Shown one piece after another: positions 38,250-45,960 of a stretch of DNA of 54,125 nt. The position numbers were made by a program, and so were the translations under genes. The DNA is taken from positions 1-54,125 of the forward strand of contig CAYOPG010000004.1 in the NCBI GenBank assembly GCA_964405775.1. Direction: 5' to 3'. The stretch's first letter is position 1. The number at the start of each line of letters is the position of its first letter. Below the pieces are notes generated by a model. It was not told the origin of the DNA and made no database searches. It was given only the letters and a program-made list of their open reading frames with translations. The stretch comes from an uncultured Lentisphaerales bacterium (GTDB lineage: Bacteria > Verrucomicrobiota > Kiritimatiellia > RFP12 > UBA3636).

Positions 38250-40199
38250 ATGAACAAATGTTTGCGCGTTTTGAGCGCGGCCGCGATTGCGCTGCCGTGC
38301 TGGCTTGGCTTTGCTCCTGAATTCGCCTCTGCATCAACCGGAAGCTTCACCTTCGACGATATCCACTACTGGGTGGGCGAGGGAACGAACCGGGCCGTGG
38401 TACTAATAGACTACGACTTCCGTGGACGCGCCGCCGGCGTATCGAACTCCCTCGCATACGGTTTCCGCTGGAATGGCGAGATAACGCAACTCGAGGCGTT
38501 GCGCTTGATAGGCGGGGAGGACAAACGCCTCCACTTCTCCACATATGAAAGCTGGGGAAGCACATTGCCGGAAGCCTTCGCCTATGACAGAAAAGGCAAC
38601 GGAGGTGCGTTCGCCCTTTCAGATGGCCTGAAGACCGATCCAGGGGACATAATCGAGAGCTGCAACTCGGATACGGGATGGAACTTCTACTGGGCGACCA
38701 CTGAGTTGACAAACTCGACCACTTTCACGGAAAACTTCCGGTTCATTACAAGGGGGGGAATCGCCTCGGAATATATGATCCCCGATTCTTTTTTAGGGCT
38801 GATGTTCCTACCCTGGGCAACGACTTGGAATGAGAGTATCGGGGAGTGGGACGCGGAATGGAACCCGCTGCCTTACACCTATCCTGAGACAGGCGATTAT
38901 ATAGATTTCATCCCTTCAATGCCTGTGGCAGCGGAGTCGCCATATGGGTTTAGAGTTTTTGGTTTCGAGTCGGACACCAGCGCTTATTTCGCAGGGAATT
39001 ATATCCATCCAGAAGCGGCGGTTGGACGTCCGGCGGCATCAACTCTGCCTAAGGATGCCGATCAATACGACGGGCCCGCCATTCCGTTGACTCCACTCAT
39101 GGGCGCCATGGGCACAAACCAGGTGCTAAGACTCGTCGATATTTATGATGATTTCGGAGACCTAGAAACACGCGGGTGCATCACGATTGAGTTCGACCAT
39201 CCCGTGGTGGATGATCCGAACAACCCGTGGGGTCTTGATTTCATAGTCTTTGGCAATGCCTTCTACCAGGGCAACGCCGGAAGTGAAAACATGACTGGTT
39301 TTGAAAATCCCACGAACGTTATTGTCAGAAAAGTTTCCACGAATAATCCTGAGATCCTCGTCGCCGAGCCGGGGCTTGTGGCGGTGTCGCAGGACAGGGA
39401 AACGTGGTTTACTTCAGACACGTGGTTGCACGCTGACTCTTTCGCTCCGACGCTTGGCTACAAGCTCGACCCTGCAAACGCCAATCCAGCCCTTTTTGCC
39501 GGCAACAAGTGGTGGGGCGCCAAGACCGATCCGACATATCCGGTTCCGCCGTGGGGAGAGGAGTCTATTGCGCCGGGCACAAACCTCGCGCAAATTGCCA
39601 CGTGGTACAACGGATCTGCAGGTGGCGCAGCTTTCGATATTTCAAGTCTTGACCTGCCAGCTACGCACAACGGAAGAAAGTGGTTCAAGTATGTTCGAAT
39701 TACGAACAATGCCAACCCGGACGATGGTAGTTCCTCATGCGAAATCGATGCCGTTGCGGACGTCTATCCCGACACGCCATACGGAGTTTACGCTAAAGAG
39801 CTCTACGCTTGGACTGAGCTGCCGTCGAAAGGAAGAAAAACCGCGCTTGCCGCAAACGGTCGGCCGAACTTTGTGAACTTCGCATTGGGGGAGGACCCTG
39901 CCGCTACACTTGAGATAAGCGACTTCGTCGTACGTGATGGGCGTCTATGGTTCTCTTTCCCTGTCTGGAAGGCGGACTGGAATATCAACGACATGCTTGA
40001 ATCAGGCATAGATTTCAGCGTCCGCGCCAAGAGCAAATTGACGAACGCGGGATCCGGCAACAACGTATTTGGTTTTGCCAGTTTCGAGGGGTTGACCACA
40101 AACTCGGTTGACGGCACATACACCGCGACGATTTCCGTCGACGAGCTGCCGACGGCCCAAAACGCGTTCTTCCGTCTTGGCATTTCGGCTGAAGAGTAG
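38250..40199 (+). CDS. Secreted multi-domain protein under the B12 riboswitch; candidate corrinoid-binding surface protein
   Basis: Sec signal ending ASA; domain 1 FTFDDIHYWVGEG.NRAV; domain 2 ITIEFDHP..D.PNNPWGLDFIVFGNAF...EPGLVAVSQD...GGAAFDISSL..YVRI..EIDAV; C-terminal FFRL-type end. Confidence 0.7.
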   Translation: MNKCLRVLSAAAIALPCWLGFAPEFASASTGSFTFDDIHYWVGEGTNRAVVLIDYDFRGRAAGVSNSLAYGFRWNGEITQLEALRLIGGEDKRLHFSTYESWGSTLPEAFAYDRKGNGGAFALSDGLKTDPGDIIESCNSDTGWNFYWATTELTNSTTFTENFRFITRGGIASEYMIPDSFLGLMFLPWATTWNESIGEWDAEWNPLPYTYPETGDYIDFIPSMPVAAESPYGFRVFGFESDTSAYFAGNYIHPEAAVGRPAASTLPKDADQYDGPAIPLTPLMGAMGTNQVLRLVDIYDDFGDLETRGCITIEFDHPVVDDPNNPWGLDFIVFGNAFYQGNAGSENMTGFENPTNVIVRKVSTNNPEILVAEPGLVAVSQDRETWFTSDTWLHADSFAPTLGYKLDPANANPALFAGNKWWGAKTDPTYPVPPWGEESIAPGTNLAQIATWYNGSAGGAAFDISSLDLPATHNGRKWFKYVRITNNANPDDGSSSCEIDAVADVYPDTPYGVYAKELYAWTELPSKGRKTALAANGRPNFVNFALGEDPAATLEISDFVVRDGRLWFSFPVWKADWNINDMLESGIDFSVRAKSKLTNAGSGNNVFGFASFEGLTTNSVDGTYTATISVDELPTAQNAFFRLGISAEE

Positions 40200-40204
40200 A
40201 ATGA

Positions 40205-40990
40205 GTGGTGAAAACGGTGAGAAAACCTTTCAGACAGCCAGGAGACATAATTGACCTCTCAAGCGCGGGGTTCACTCTGTTAGAGCTGTTTGTGGTTATA
40301 GCGATAGCGGGAATTCTTATGACACTTACCGTCGGCGCAGTCGGCAAAGCGAGAACTGCCTCCCAACGCGTTAAATGCGCGTCCAATCTCCGCAACATGG
40401 TTGTTGCCGCCACCGCGTATGCGGAAGACCACAACGGACGCTTCCCGTGGGCGTCGCGCAAGGTCAAGGGCTACCAATCTTGGTGCTGGGACTTTGTTAT
40501 ACCCTCTGGCGGCAAACCCCAGCCCGGAGTGATGTGGAGCGGCTACGGGATCAATTCCGTGTTGCAATGCCCGTCGTTCATAGACGGCAGAGCGAACTGG
40601 GAAGGTGACCCTTACACCGGCTACAATTACAACTCCAGCTTCATAGGGAAGGTGGAGGGGGATCCGGCCAAGCGGCAAGCGCCGGCTACGCTCGCCCAGA
40701 TAGAAGATCCTGCGCGGACGGCAATGTTTGGCGACGGCCAATACGGCGGAGGCGCCAACAAATTCATGCGCTCCCCAAAAGCGAACAGAGACAACGACTT
40801 CTCGGGTAAGTATGTGCGAGAATCTGGCACACAGGGGTTCCGCCACGGCGGCAAGACCAACGTGGCATTCGCCGACGGTCATGTAGAGGCGCTGTCGCAA
40901 CCATACCAATATGGCGGAGCCGAGGGGTTCACGGCACCCGATTGCGGTTTCATTTCTGCCGACAACAGCCTCTACTCGCTGGATAAATAA
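40205..40990 (+). CDS. Prepilin-type N-terminal cleavage protein with H-X9-DG C-terminal motif
   Basis: G/FTLLELFVVIAI class III signal (Gly-1, Phe+1, Glu+5); RHGGKTNVAFADGHV. Confidence 0.92.
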   Translation: MVKTVRKPFRQPGDIIDLSSAGFTLLELFVVIAIAGILMTLTVGAVGKARTASQRVKCASNLRNMVVAATAYAEDHNGRFPWASRKVKGYQSWCWDFVIPSGGKPQPGVMWSGYGINSVLQCPSFIDGRANWEGDPYTGYNYNSSFIGKVEGDPAKRQAPATLAQIEDPARTAMFGDGQYGGGANKFMRSPKANRDNDFSGKYVRESGTQGFRHGGKTNVAFADGHVEALSQPYQYGGAEGFTAPDCGFISADNSLYSLDK

Positions 40991-41021
40991 AAGACGTTTG
41001 TCGAATTGGTAACGTGATCAT

Positions 41022-42356
41022 TTAATTCATGGGTTCTGACGTCCATCTGCGCTTGATATACCAAGCGGTCAGACCCCCAAAAACAGCGGCTAAAAGTGCA
41101 GTTGTTAACAGGTAACTCCTGGCACCACCTGCGATTCCATGGTTTTTCACCGCGAATGCGGTTACGAGCCATCCGGGGATGATTACGGCTATGATGCCCA
41201 CCAGACAGACTGTCTGTCGCCGCATGATAATTAGGACGGATTGGAGTATGTAATATACTGCCAGCAGGGCGCCCCCGGCTATGAGGATGCACAGAGTTCC
41301 CCTGTGGTGCGTCAGATCAATTCCATAGAACAGCGTTAGGAGCTGACTTCCAAAAGCATAGGAGAAGAAAAGCGTGGGCAGCGAGAAAGCCACCACCCAA
41401 AGGATTTGGATGTAAATCTGTCTGAGGAATCCGCGCCTGTCGCCATTTTTATAGAGCCAGCTCATACTGGTCAGAGCGGGGCGCAGCACGAATCCCGATA
41501 GTAGGCTGACCAGAAATGCCAGCATGAACAGAGCGTTGTATTCGGCCATCTTGCTTTCGTCGAGATGTCGGTCAATCGCGTACTTGGACATGTTGTTGAC
41601 GTACATGAACAGGAACGCGTTCAGAGCAAGAGGCAGACATGAGATGAGAAGCGCGCGCTGCGCACTCCAGTTGGATATCCTGACATTGCGTATGAACGAC
41701 CGGATCAGAACGCCGTCGGACAATATAAAAAGACCCCAGTAAATCAGCACCATCAACGCTAATGAGACAAGCATGTCCTTTGTGAACCACAGCGCCACGC
41801 AGAACAGGATCATAGGAAGAAACGTTTTATAGAACACGCCCTTCGAGGCTATATCAAGCCTCCCAAACTGCTGGTACCGGCCTTCCAGAACGTCCGAAAA
41901 AGACTCTCCAGATCTCAGCACCATGAGTAGAATGAGTGCGGCAGCCTTGTCATTCCATCCGTCGCCGAACGCGATCAGCCCGACAGCGGCTGCCATCATT
42001 AATGCGACAGTGATGATTCTTGACACGAAATAGTCGTCAAACGAGAAGACCTCGTCGACGTCCGACACCTGATATGTGCGCATTTGAAAAAGCCCAATGG
42101 TCACCAGTTGCTGGGATATCGCCATTGCTATGCTGAACACGCCTCCCCAATAAGGCCCCCGGTCTCCAAGAATGCGCAATATGGAAACAAGCAGGATGAA
42201 CGAGCTGCCGCAGAAGCATCCGCCTGAGAAAGCGGTCCAGAAATAGGTTCGCGCTTGAAGGTTGCCTGGTTTTTCAAGTTTGAAAAAGCGCCGGACCAAA
42301 TTCCCCGCCCAAGTGGGGTTCCCCATTGGAAGTGGGAGACGAGAGTTGTTGTCCAT
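41022..42356 (-). CDS. Wzx-type polysaccharide flippase (MOP family)
   Basis: About 12 TM segments; FQMRTYQVSDV, SKYAIDRHL, YNALFM. Confidence 0.8.
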   Translation of the reverse strand: MDNNSRLPLPMGNPTWAGNLVRRFFKLEKPGNLQARTYFWTAFSGGCFCGSSFILLVSILRILGDRGPYWGGVFSIAMAISQQLVTIGLFQMRTYQVSDVDEVFSFDDYFVSRIITVALMMAAAVGLIAFGDGWNDKAAALILLMVLRSGESFSDVLEGRYQQFGRLDIASKGVFYKTFLPMILFCVALWFTKDMLVSLALMVLIYWGLFILSDGVLIRSFIRNVRISNWSAQRALLISCLPLALNAFLFMYVNNMSKYAIDRHLDESKMAEYNALFMLAFLVSLLSGFVLRPALTSMSWLYKNGDRRGFLRQIYIQILWVVAFSLPTLFFSYAFGSQLLTLFYGIDLTHHRGTLCILIAGGALLAVYYILQSVLIIMRRQTVCLVGIIAVIIPGWLVTAFAVKNHGIAGGARSYLLTTALLAAVFGGLTAWYIKRRWTSEPMN

Positions 42357-42369
42357 TCTTTTGGGTTGC

Positions 42370-43635
42370 CTAGTTGTACTTTGAAGGGTAAAGCCACTTT
42401 TCGCGGATCAAGGCATATCGTTCGTATTCCGGCGAGTATTTGAACCAGGGGAATCGTGGAAATTTGAAGACTTTGCCACGGTGGTCGGAAATGAGGTAGT
42501 CGGGGTTGTATTCACCGTTCAAGACGCGTATGCAAGCTGTCTTGGTTTCCGAGGCCGTTCCCTCGACCATTTTTAGCGCCGCTAGGAATGTGCGTCCGCT
42601 GCCCGATTCGTCGTCCACCAGCAGTATCTTTTTGCCTCGTATCGAGTCCGGGCAAGATCCACCGACCACCGGCTCGTTCCCGTACAAGGCGTCACGCAAA
42701 TAACAGCCGCCGATTATGTCGTCTGTGTCCAGATTCCCGATGCGTAGCTGCCGGTGTCTGATACTTATCGTTTCGAACGGCAGATCCAGCGCCTTGGCAA
42801 CATGAAAAGCCGGGAATAGACCGCCGCTTGCTATGCCGACCACCATGTCTGGTTTGTATCCCGATGTTTTTACATTCTCTGCGAGCTTGCGGCAAAGGTC
42901 TTCGACTTCAGCCAACGAGAAGAAGCTCCCGCCGGTAAGGCGGAAAATGGTGCGTTGCATTGCGGTGAAGCACCGTTCGGGCAGGTTAAGCGGGGAGTAC
43001 TTGCCCCAGATGGATTTGATGCGCAGGCAACCCCGGTAAAAATATGAATCGCGCTTTGCGCGTATGTTTTCCAGCTTCCAGGGGAAGTTCTCGCGCGTGG
43101 GAAGTTCGGCGAGTTTGAAAGTGGTTCTCCCGATTTCCTCCGGGAAGTGCGCGTCGGCACCGTAGAGCGCCAGTTTGCCGTGGCGTGCGCAGTCTTTGGT
43201 GGCGCGGCGGTCGTGCCGCGCGGAAAAAGTGCGGGCGTTGAAAACTTCCACGGCGTCGGTCTTCGAAAATGCGGTCTCGTATATATCAGCCTTGAGCGAA
43301 GAGGGGCGCCATGCGTCGTACGGATGTGGAAGAACCACGATCCCTCCCTGTTCCCGAATCGCCGCCATCGTCTGTTCAAGACCCTTGCCCGGCTCGATCT
43401 TTTCCTTTAGAAAGAGACCTATAACTTCGCCGGAGGTTGTCATTATCTCTTCTCCTACCACGGTGTGGAATTCAGGAAAGCGTTCGCGAAACCGGAGCGC
43501 CCCCTCAATGGTGTTATGGTCGGTAATGAAGAGTGTGTCTATTCCGGCGGCATTGGCTCGCCGCGCAAGCTCTTCGAGCGTTATGCGCCCGTCGCCGGAA
43601 TAAATCGTGTGGACATGGAAACAACATTTCTTCAT
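42370..43635 (-). CDS. PHP phosphoesterase domain fused to type I phosphoribosyltransferase domain
   Basis: FHVHT, TDHN, GEE, PHPYD, EVFNAR, DAH (PHP); VVGIASGG, ILLVDDESGSGRT (PRPP loop); ATG 43635 preferred. Confidence 0.85.
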   Translation of the reverse strand: MKKCCFHVHTIYSGDGRITLEELARRANAAGIDTLFITDHNTIEGALRFRERFPEFHTVVGEEIMTTSGEVIGLFLKEKIEPGKGLEQTMAAIREQGGIVVLPHPYDAWRPSSLKADIYETAFSKTDAVEVFNARTFSARHDRRATKDCARHGKLALYGADAHFPEEIGRTTFKLAELPTRENFPWKLENIRAKRDSYFYRGCLRIKSIWGKYSPLNLPERCFTAMQRTIFRLTGGSFFSLAEVEDLCRKLAENVKTSGYKPDMVVGIASGGLFPAFHVAKALDLPFETISIRHRQLRIGNLDTDDIIGGCYLRDALYGNEPVVGGSCPDSIRGKKILLVDDESGSGRTFLAALKMVEGTASETKTACIRVLNGEYNPDYLISDHRGKVFKFPRFPWFKYSPEYERYALIREKWLYPSKYN

Positions 43636-43658
43636 AATTTTATTGCGCTTTTGATCGT

Positions 43659-43688
43659 ATTTTAGCTTTATCCGCATTGACATGTCAA
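43659..43688 (-). promoter_or_regulatory. Putative promoter for PHP-PRTase/flippase unit
   Basis: Minus strand TTGACA (43688-43683), 18 nt, TAAAAT (43664-43659). Confidence 0.5.
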
Positions 43689-43743
43689 TTGATTGGGCAA
43701 TTTGTTATACTACTTGCTTAGATTCTTTGGTAAACTCTGAAAA

Positions 43744-44931
43744 ATGAAGACATTTGATACAGACATGCATGAAAAAACTGAAGCAGATGTAATACTAAGC
43801 GTTGTTTTGCCGTGCCTCAATGAGGCAAAGACGCTTGAAAAGGCCATCGGGACGGCAGCCGAGCTCATTTCATCAACAGGGATGAAAGGCGAAATCGTTT
43901 TATCCGACAACGGCTCGACCGACGGCTCTCGTGAAATAGCCGAAAGAGCGGGAGCCCGTGTGGTATCTGCAGAACGAAAAGGTTATGGGTTTGCCCTTAT
44001 GTCCGGCATCAGAGCCGCGCGTGGCAGCATAATAGTCATGGGCGACGCTGACGCTACGTACGATTTCCGTGAAGCCAAGCAGCTTGTCGAAGCGGTCGAC
44101 GCTGGTGCCGATCTCGCCATGGGTAGCCGGCTTCGTGGCAACATTGAGGAAGGCGCCATGCCTTACCTCCATCGTCATCTTGGTACTCCCGTGCTCACAT
44201 GGCTTATACGCCGCTTCTTTGGCTTGAGCATAACGGATTGCAATTGCGGCATGCGGGCGTTCAGCAAAAAAGCGTTCGAGAGGATGGACCTGATTTCGGG
44301 AGGCATGGAATTCGCATCTGAAATGCTGATCAAGGCGGCGTTGTGCGGCATGAAGGTTGTTGAATACCCCATATCGCTTCTGAAGGACACGCGCGACCGC
44401 GCGCCGCACCTCCATACATGGCGCGACGGCTGGCGCCACCTGCGTTTCATCCTTATTTTTGCACCGCACGTCACATTCTTCATTCCGGGAATGGTACTTT
44501 TCATACTGTTTGGTATTGAGACGCTTCTGCTCTCTTTTGGAGTTGTCACTGTGGGAGCTTTTTTGTTCGACTACCATCACCTTTTCTACTCTGTGCCGTT
44601 GTTCATAATAGGATACCAGATGCTTTGGTTCGCAAGGCTCTCTGAGCAATTCCGCAACTTCTCGGGGTATGACACGGTACAAAGACACAGGTACGGCAAG
44701 TTCAATATGGAACTATGGCTCTTGGTTGGCGTGGCTATGGCAATTGGAGGGCTGGCGATTTTCGGCATAGTTTTCGCTTCATGGATAGCCTCGGGTCACG
44801 GGGAGTTATTCGCTATCAGGAGGGGTGTTGCCGGGCTCGCCTTATTGCTCCTGGGGGTCACGACAATTATGAACTCCTTTATGATGAGCATGCTGGAGCT
44901 TAATCTGGATCGTGGGGCAGGCGGTAAATGA
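43744..44931 (+). CDS. GT2 glycosyltransferase, polyprenyl-phosphate glycosyltransferase-like, with C-terminal TMs
   Basis: PCLNE, DNGSTDGS, MGDADATYD, GSR, GMEFASEM, TWRDGWRHLRF. Confidence 0.85.
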   Translation: MKTFDTDMHEKTEADVILSVVLPCLNEAKTLEKAIGTAAELISSTGMKGEIVLSDNGSTDGSREIAERAGARVVSAERKGYGFALMSGIRAARGSIIVMGDADATYDFREAKQLVEAVDAGADLAMGSRLRGNIEEGAMPYLHRHLGTPVLTWLIRRFFGLSITDCNCGMRAFSKKAFERMDLISGGMEFASEMLIKAALCGMKVVEYPISLLKDTRDRAPHLHTWRDGWRHLRFILIFAPHVTFFIPGMVLFILFGIETLLLSFGVVTVGAFLFDYHHLFYSVPLFIIGYQMLWFARLSEQFRNFSGYDTVQRHRYGKFNMELWLLVGVAMAIGGLAIFGIVFASWIASGHGELFAIRRGVAGLALLLLGVTTIMNSFMMSMLELNLDRGAGGK

Positions 44932-45884
44932 CCGCTGAGCGCTATCCCACGATATCGGTCGTAATGCCAACGTACAACGGCGAGAGCCATCTCCGCGCCG
45001 CCCTCGATTCGTTGGAGTCTCAGAAGCCCTCCGGGGTCCCGTTCGAAGTTTTGGTGTCCGATGATGGTTCCTCGGACGCTACTCTTCATATTTTGAAGGA
45101 AGCCACGGAGCGCTTGCCGTTACGCGTTATCGACGGGCCGCGCAAACGCAACTGGGTTGCCTCCACCAACGCGCTCCTCCGCGAGGCGCGTGGCGAATAT
45201 GTTACCATGCTTCATCAGGATGACATTTATTTTCCTGAGCGGTTCGCAGAACTGGCCTCAACGGCGGCGGCATATCCAAACATTTCTGTCTTCTCGCACC
45301 CGACGCGTTTTATCAACTCGGCGGGGCGTGCCGTCGGCACATGGAAGCCACCCATGCCAACCGGCAAGCGACTGTCGCCGCACATGTGGTTTCCGCCACT
45401 GATGGTTCAGAATAATTTCGCGGTGCCAGCGATGATGTTCCGCCGCCGCCTATCCGACGAACTTGGGGATATGGACGAGACGCTGCCTTACACCGCAGAT
45501 TGGGAATACTGGCTCCGTTTTGCCGCCTCCGAGAGAATATTCATACTGCCGAAGCCGCTTGCCGGTTTCCGCATTCATGGCGCCTCTCAGACCGTGGCTT
45601 TCGCCGAAAAAGCCGACGAATACGAACGGAATCTGCGCGAAGTTGTGGTGCGCTCCGAACGTACGGCTTCGAGGTTAAACCTGAAAAAGCGCTACATTGA
45701 AATGGCTCGGTTTGGCGTCGATGTTAATCTGTGGCTCGCTGCCAAGGCCTCCGGCAGGAGCTTCCCTGTTTCGAAAGTGCTCGGAGGTGTTTTCGACGTC
45801 GGGCTTCCCGGCGCATTTTCGTATATAAGTTTATCCCGCATGATTCCCCGTTCTCTCGCTCGTTTGCGCGCGGGGAGGTCGTGA
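44928..45884 (+). CDS. GT2 glycosyltransferase (soluble)
   Basis: SVVMPTYN, DDGSSD, LHQDD, DWEYWLR. Confidence 0.88.
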   Translation: MTAERYPTISVVMPTYNGESHLRAALDSLESQKPSGVPFEVLVSDDGSSDATLHILKEATERLPLRVIDGPRKRNWVASTNALLREARGEYVTMLHQDDIYFPERFAELASTAAAYPNISVFSHPTRFINSAGRAVGTWKPPMPTGKRLSPHMWFPPLMVQNNFAVPAMMFRRRLSDELGDMDETLPYTADWEYWLRFAASERIFILPKPLAGFRIHGASQTVAFAEKADEYERNLREVVVRSERTASRLNLKKRYIEMARFGVDVNLWLAAKASGRSFPVSKVLGGVFDVGLPGAFSYISLSRMIPRSLARLRAGRS

Positions 45885-45960
45885 ATTATATTCGCATAAA
45901 CAAAACCGCCGGATCGGATACTCCCCGGGCAGTGATTTTAAGAAAAGGTAAAGATGTAAA

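Noticed and set aside
43900-44688. 262-aa minus-strand ORF, and similar long antisense ORFs (1279-2058, 20110-20964, 24972-25640, 47142-47822)
   Set aside because: Each lies opposite a well-supported gene in GC-rich sequence; treated as shadow frames
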